A stretch of 63,666 nt of DNA, counting the filler, from Folioceros fuciformis (Eukaryota): the NCBI GenBank assembly GCA_049999805.1. It is 8 parts of 8 records of this genome, joined end to end, with 100 filler letters (N's around TTAATTAATTAA, not from the genome) between each part and the next. Parts side by side here need not be neighbours in the genome. Positions count along the whole stretch, not along the records: positions 60,744 to 62,507 come from JBNGIO010005531.1; positions 62,608 to 63,666 come from JBNGIO010005534.1; 6 more parts are not named here. One strand, written 5' to 3'. Shown here in pieces: positions 61,897 to 63,666 of the stretch (position 1 is the first letter of the stretch; every line of letters starts with the position of its first letter). A model generated the notes under the pieces. It was not told the DNA's origin, made no database searches, and was given only the letters and a program-made list of their open reading frames with translations. Position numbers and translations under genes: made by a program.

Positions 61897-62619
61897 CCGA
61901 CCTAGATGCCACCTGGGCGCGACATCGCTGCCTTGCCGATCTGTCCAACGCCCTAGCAAGCTTGCCTGATGCACTACCGCCACCTTCCTAGATCTACCTA
62001 CCTCCAGGCGCTTGGACCCGCCGCCCGCCTAGACCCGGCCTACCTGGAGCCAGCTTGCAGTCACCCCGGCTTGCTGGATCCAGTCGAAGCTTGCAGCCGC
62101 CGATCAGCCAGCCTGGCAGGATCCACCACAGCAGTAGGACGGCCCGCCTGCCGACCAGGATCCGGCCAAGCCTGGCCCTGATCCTGGCCTATCCAACTAC
62201 CTGCTAGTCGGTCCCCACGCCGCCTTGCCCCGCTGACCCTACCAGGCGGCCTGCCCGCAGTCGGGTCGGCTATCACTACTGGCCGGGCTGCCCGCCTGTG
62301 GTCGGGGTTGGCTGCTTGGCTGCAGACACCTAGCATGATCCGGCCTCCCCTCGGCTTTGCCCTGGAACTAGCCTGCCCGGTAGGTCCAGCAGGGACCCCG
62401 GCTCGGCTTTCCCCCAGCCAGCCTCCGCCTTGGCCATCTCCCCTCTTGGACCCAGCCCGGCAGCCAGCCTATTGGCGGGCCGCCTGCTCAGAGCCGACCC
62501 GCCGCCGNNNNNNNNNNNNNNNNNNNNNNNNNNNNNNNNNNNNNNNNNNNNTTAATTAATTAANNNNNNNNNNNNNNNNNNNNNNNNNNNNNNNNNNNNN
62601 NNNNNNNAAGGTGTTTGCA

Positions 62620-63666
62620 GGTACAGGTCTCTCAGTGTCTCCGAGAGGGTAGTTAGGTTGGGAAATGCCGTACCCAACTTTGCAAACTAGGATGGAGCTG
62701 TGCCACTGACAGTGCTTGCGTTGGGTGGGGAAACCTTACGCATGAACCTGCAATTGACTGACATGGTGACACTGGATGACAATATGGATGTGGATGTGTG
62801 GTCGAGTCTCAAGGAGGTTCTAGAACCCCTTTAGGGGAGTATGGGGGAGCTGTTTCGAAGAAAACAGGAAATAAAGCAGCAGGGGTATGCGAGGCGTGCA
62901 GGAAAAACGAAGCGGGACTCCCCACTGGATGATGTGAATGTGCAAGGTTTGCCACATATTTTACGGTGGTGACGGTCTTTAATTGTGCAGGTCTCTCTGT
63001 GTCTCCGAGAGGGTAGCTTGGTTGGGAAATGCTACACCCAACTTTGCAAACTGGGATGGAGCTGTGGCACTGACAGTGCTTGGATTGGGTGGGGAAAGAT
63101 TACGCATCAATTGGCTGACATGGCGGCAGTGGATGTGGATGCGTGGTCGAGTCTCAAGAAGGTTGTAGAACCTCCCTCTGCAGCACATGGTGGCGGTTTC
63201 GGCTGACCAAAGTCATGTGCGCAGAAGGAAATAATGCGCAGCATGGCTATGCAATGAGTGCAGGATGTGTCATTGGATGCCATGAATGTGCAAAGTTTGA
63301 TATAGGTTTTCCGGCGGTGAAGGTCCTTAGAAGCGTAGGTCTCTCAATGGCGAGGGTTGCTTGGTTGGTGAAGGACTTTACAAGTGTAGGACGGTGATAA
63401 GCGCCGATGGTTGCTTGCTTGGTGAGCTCAATGGCTTGGTGAGTGTCGTTACAAGTGTAGGTGTATGAAAGGCGCCCATGGTTGCTTGCTTGGTGAAAGC
63501 AGTGGCTTGGTGAGGGTGTTCACAAGTGTAGGTGTATGAAAGGCGCCCATGGTTGCTTGGTTGGTGAACGCAGTGGCATGGTGAGGATTTTTACAAGTAA
63601 AGGTGTGTGAAAGGAGAGGGTTGCTTGGTTGGTGAGCGCAGTGGCTTGATGAAGGTCATTACGAGT
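62620..63666. repeat. ~200-bp dispersed duplication (62620-62830 / 62985-63180) and 71-bp tandem repeat x4-5 (63345-63666)
   Basis: ACAAGT anchors at 63380, 63451, 63522 and 63593 give period 71. Confidence 0.88.

Overview
Eukaryotic nuclear DNA from a land plant. PLS-class PPR, OTU9-12-type, DAR GTPase and POWERDRESS-like genes, ~80-190 bp introns and moderate GC suggest a non-seed plant such as a bryophyte or hornwort, but this is inference. The window is not one locus. It is eight small scaffolds joined by artificial 100-bp N44-TTAATTAATTAA-N44 linkers (pieces 1-11227, 11328-26369, 26470-30785, 30886-39861, 39962-48762, 48863-60643, 60744-62507, 62608-63666), so adjacency across linkers is meaningless. 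Apparently functional host genes are a SANT/Q-rich PWR-like gene (3' part), a YlqF/RbgA-family DAR GTPase head-to-head with an OTU deubiquitinase, and an O-fucosyltransferase. Most of the rest is decayed transposon sequence: several Ty1/copia gag-pol remnants with nested LTRs (including a large TGTGGAG...CTCCACA family), L1-like and RLE/CRE-like LINE remnants, a probable DNA-transposase remnant and a Harbinger-type Myb ORF. There are also gene fragments (PPR, AGC-VIII kinase, RPL35, a divergent AT-rich intronless CLP1) and many minisatellites. The best leads are the divergent CLP1, a coiled-coil/HEPN-like orphan, a kinase fragment inside a putative LTR, an antisense ORF in a copia 3' UTR, and a strong CAG>TAG decay signature. 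No complete novel system can be demonstrated from the sequence alone.
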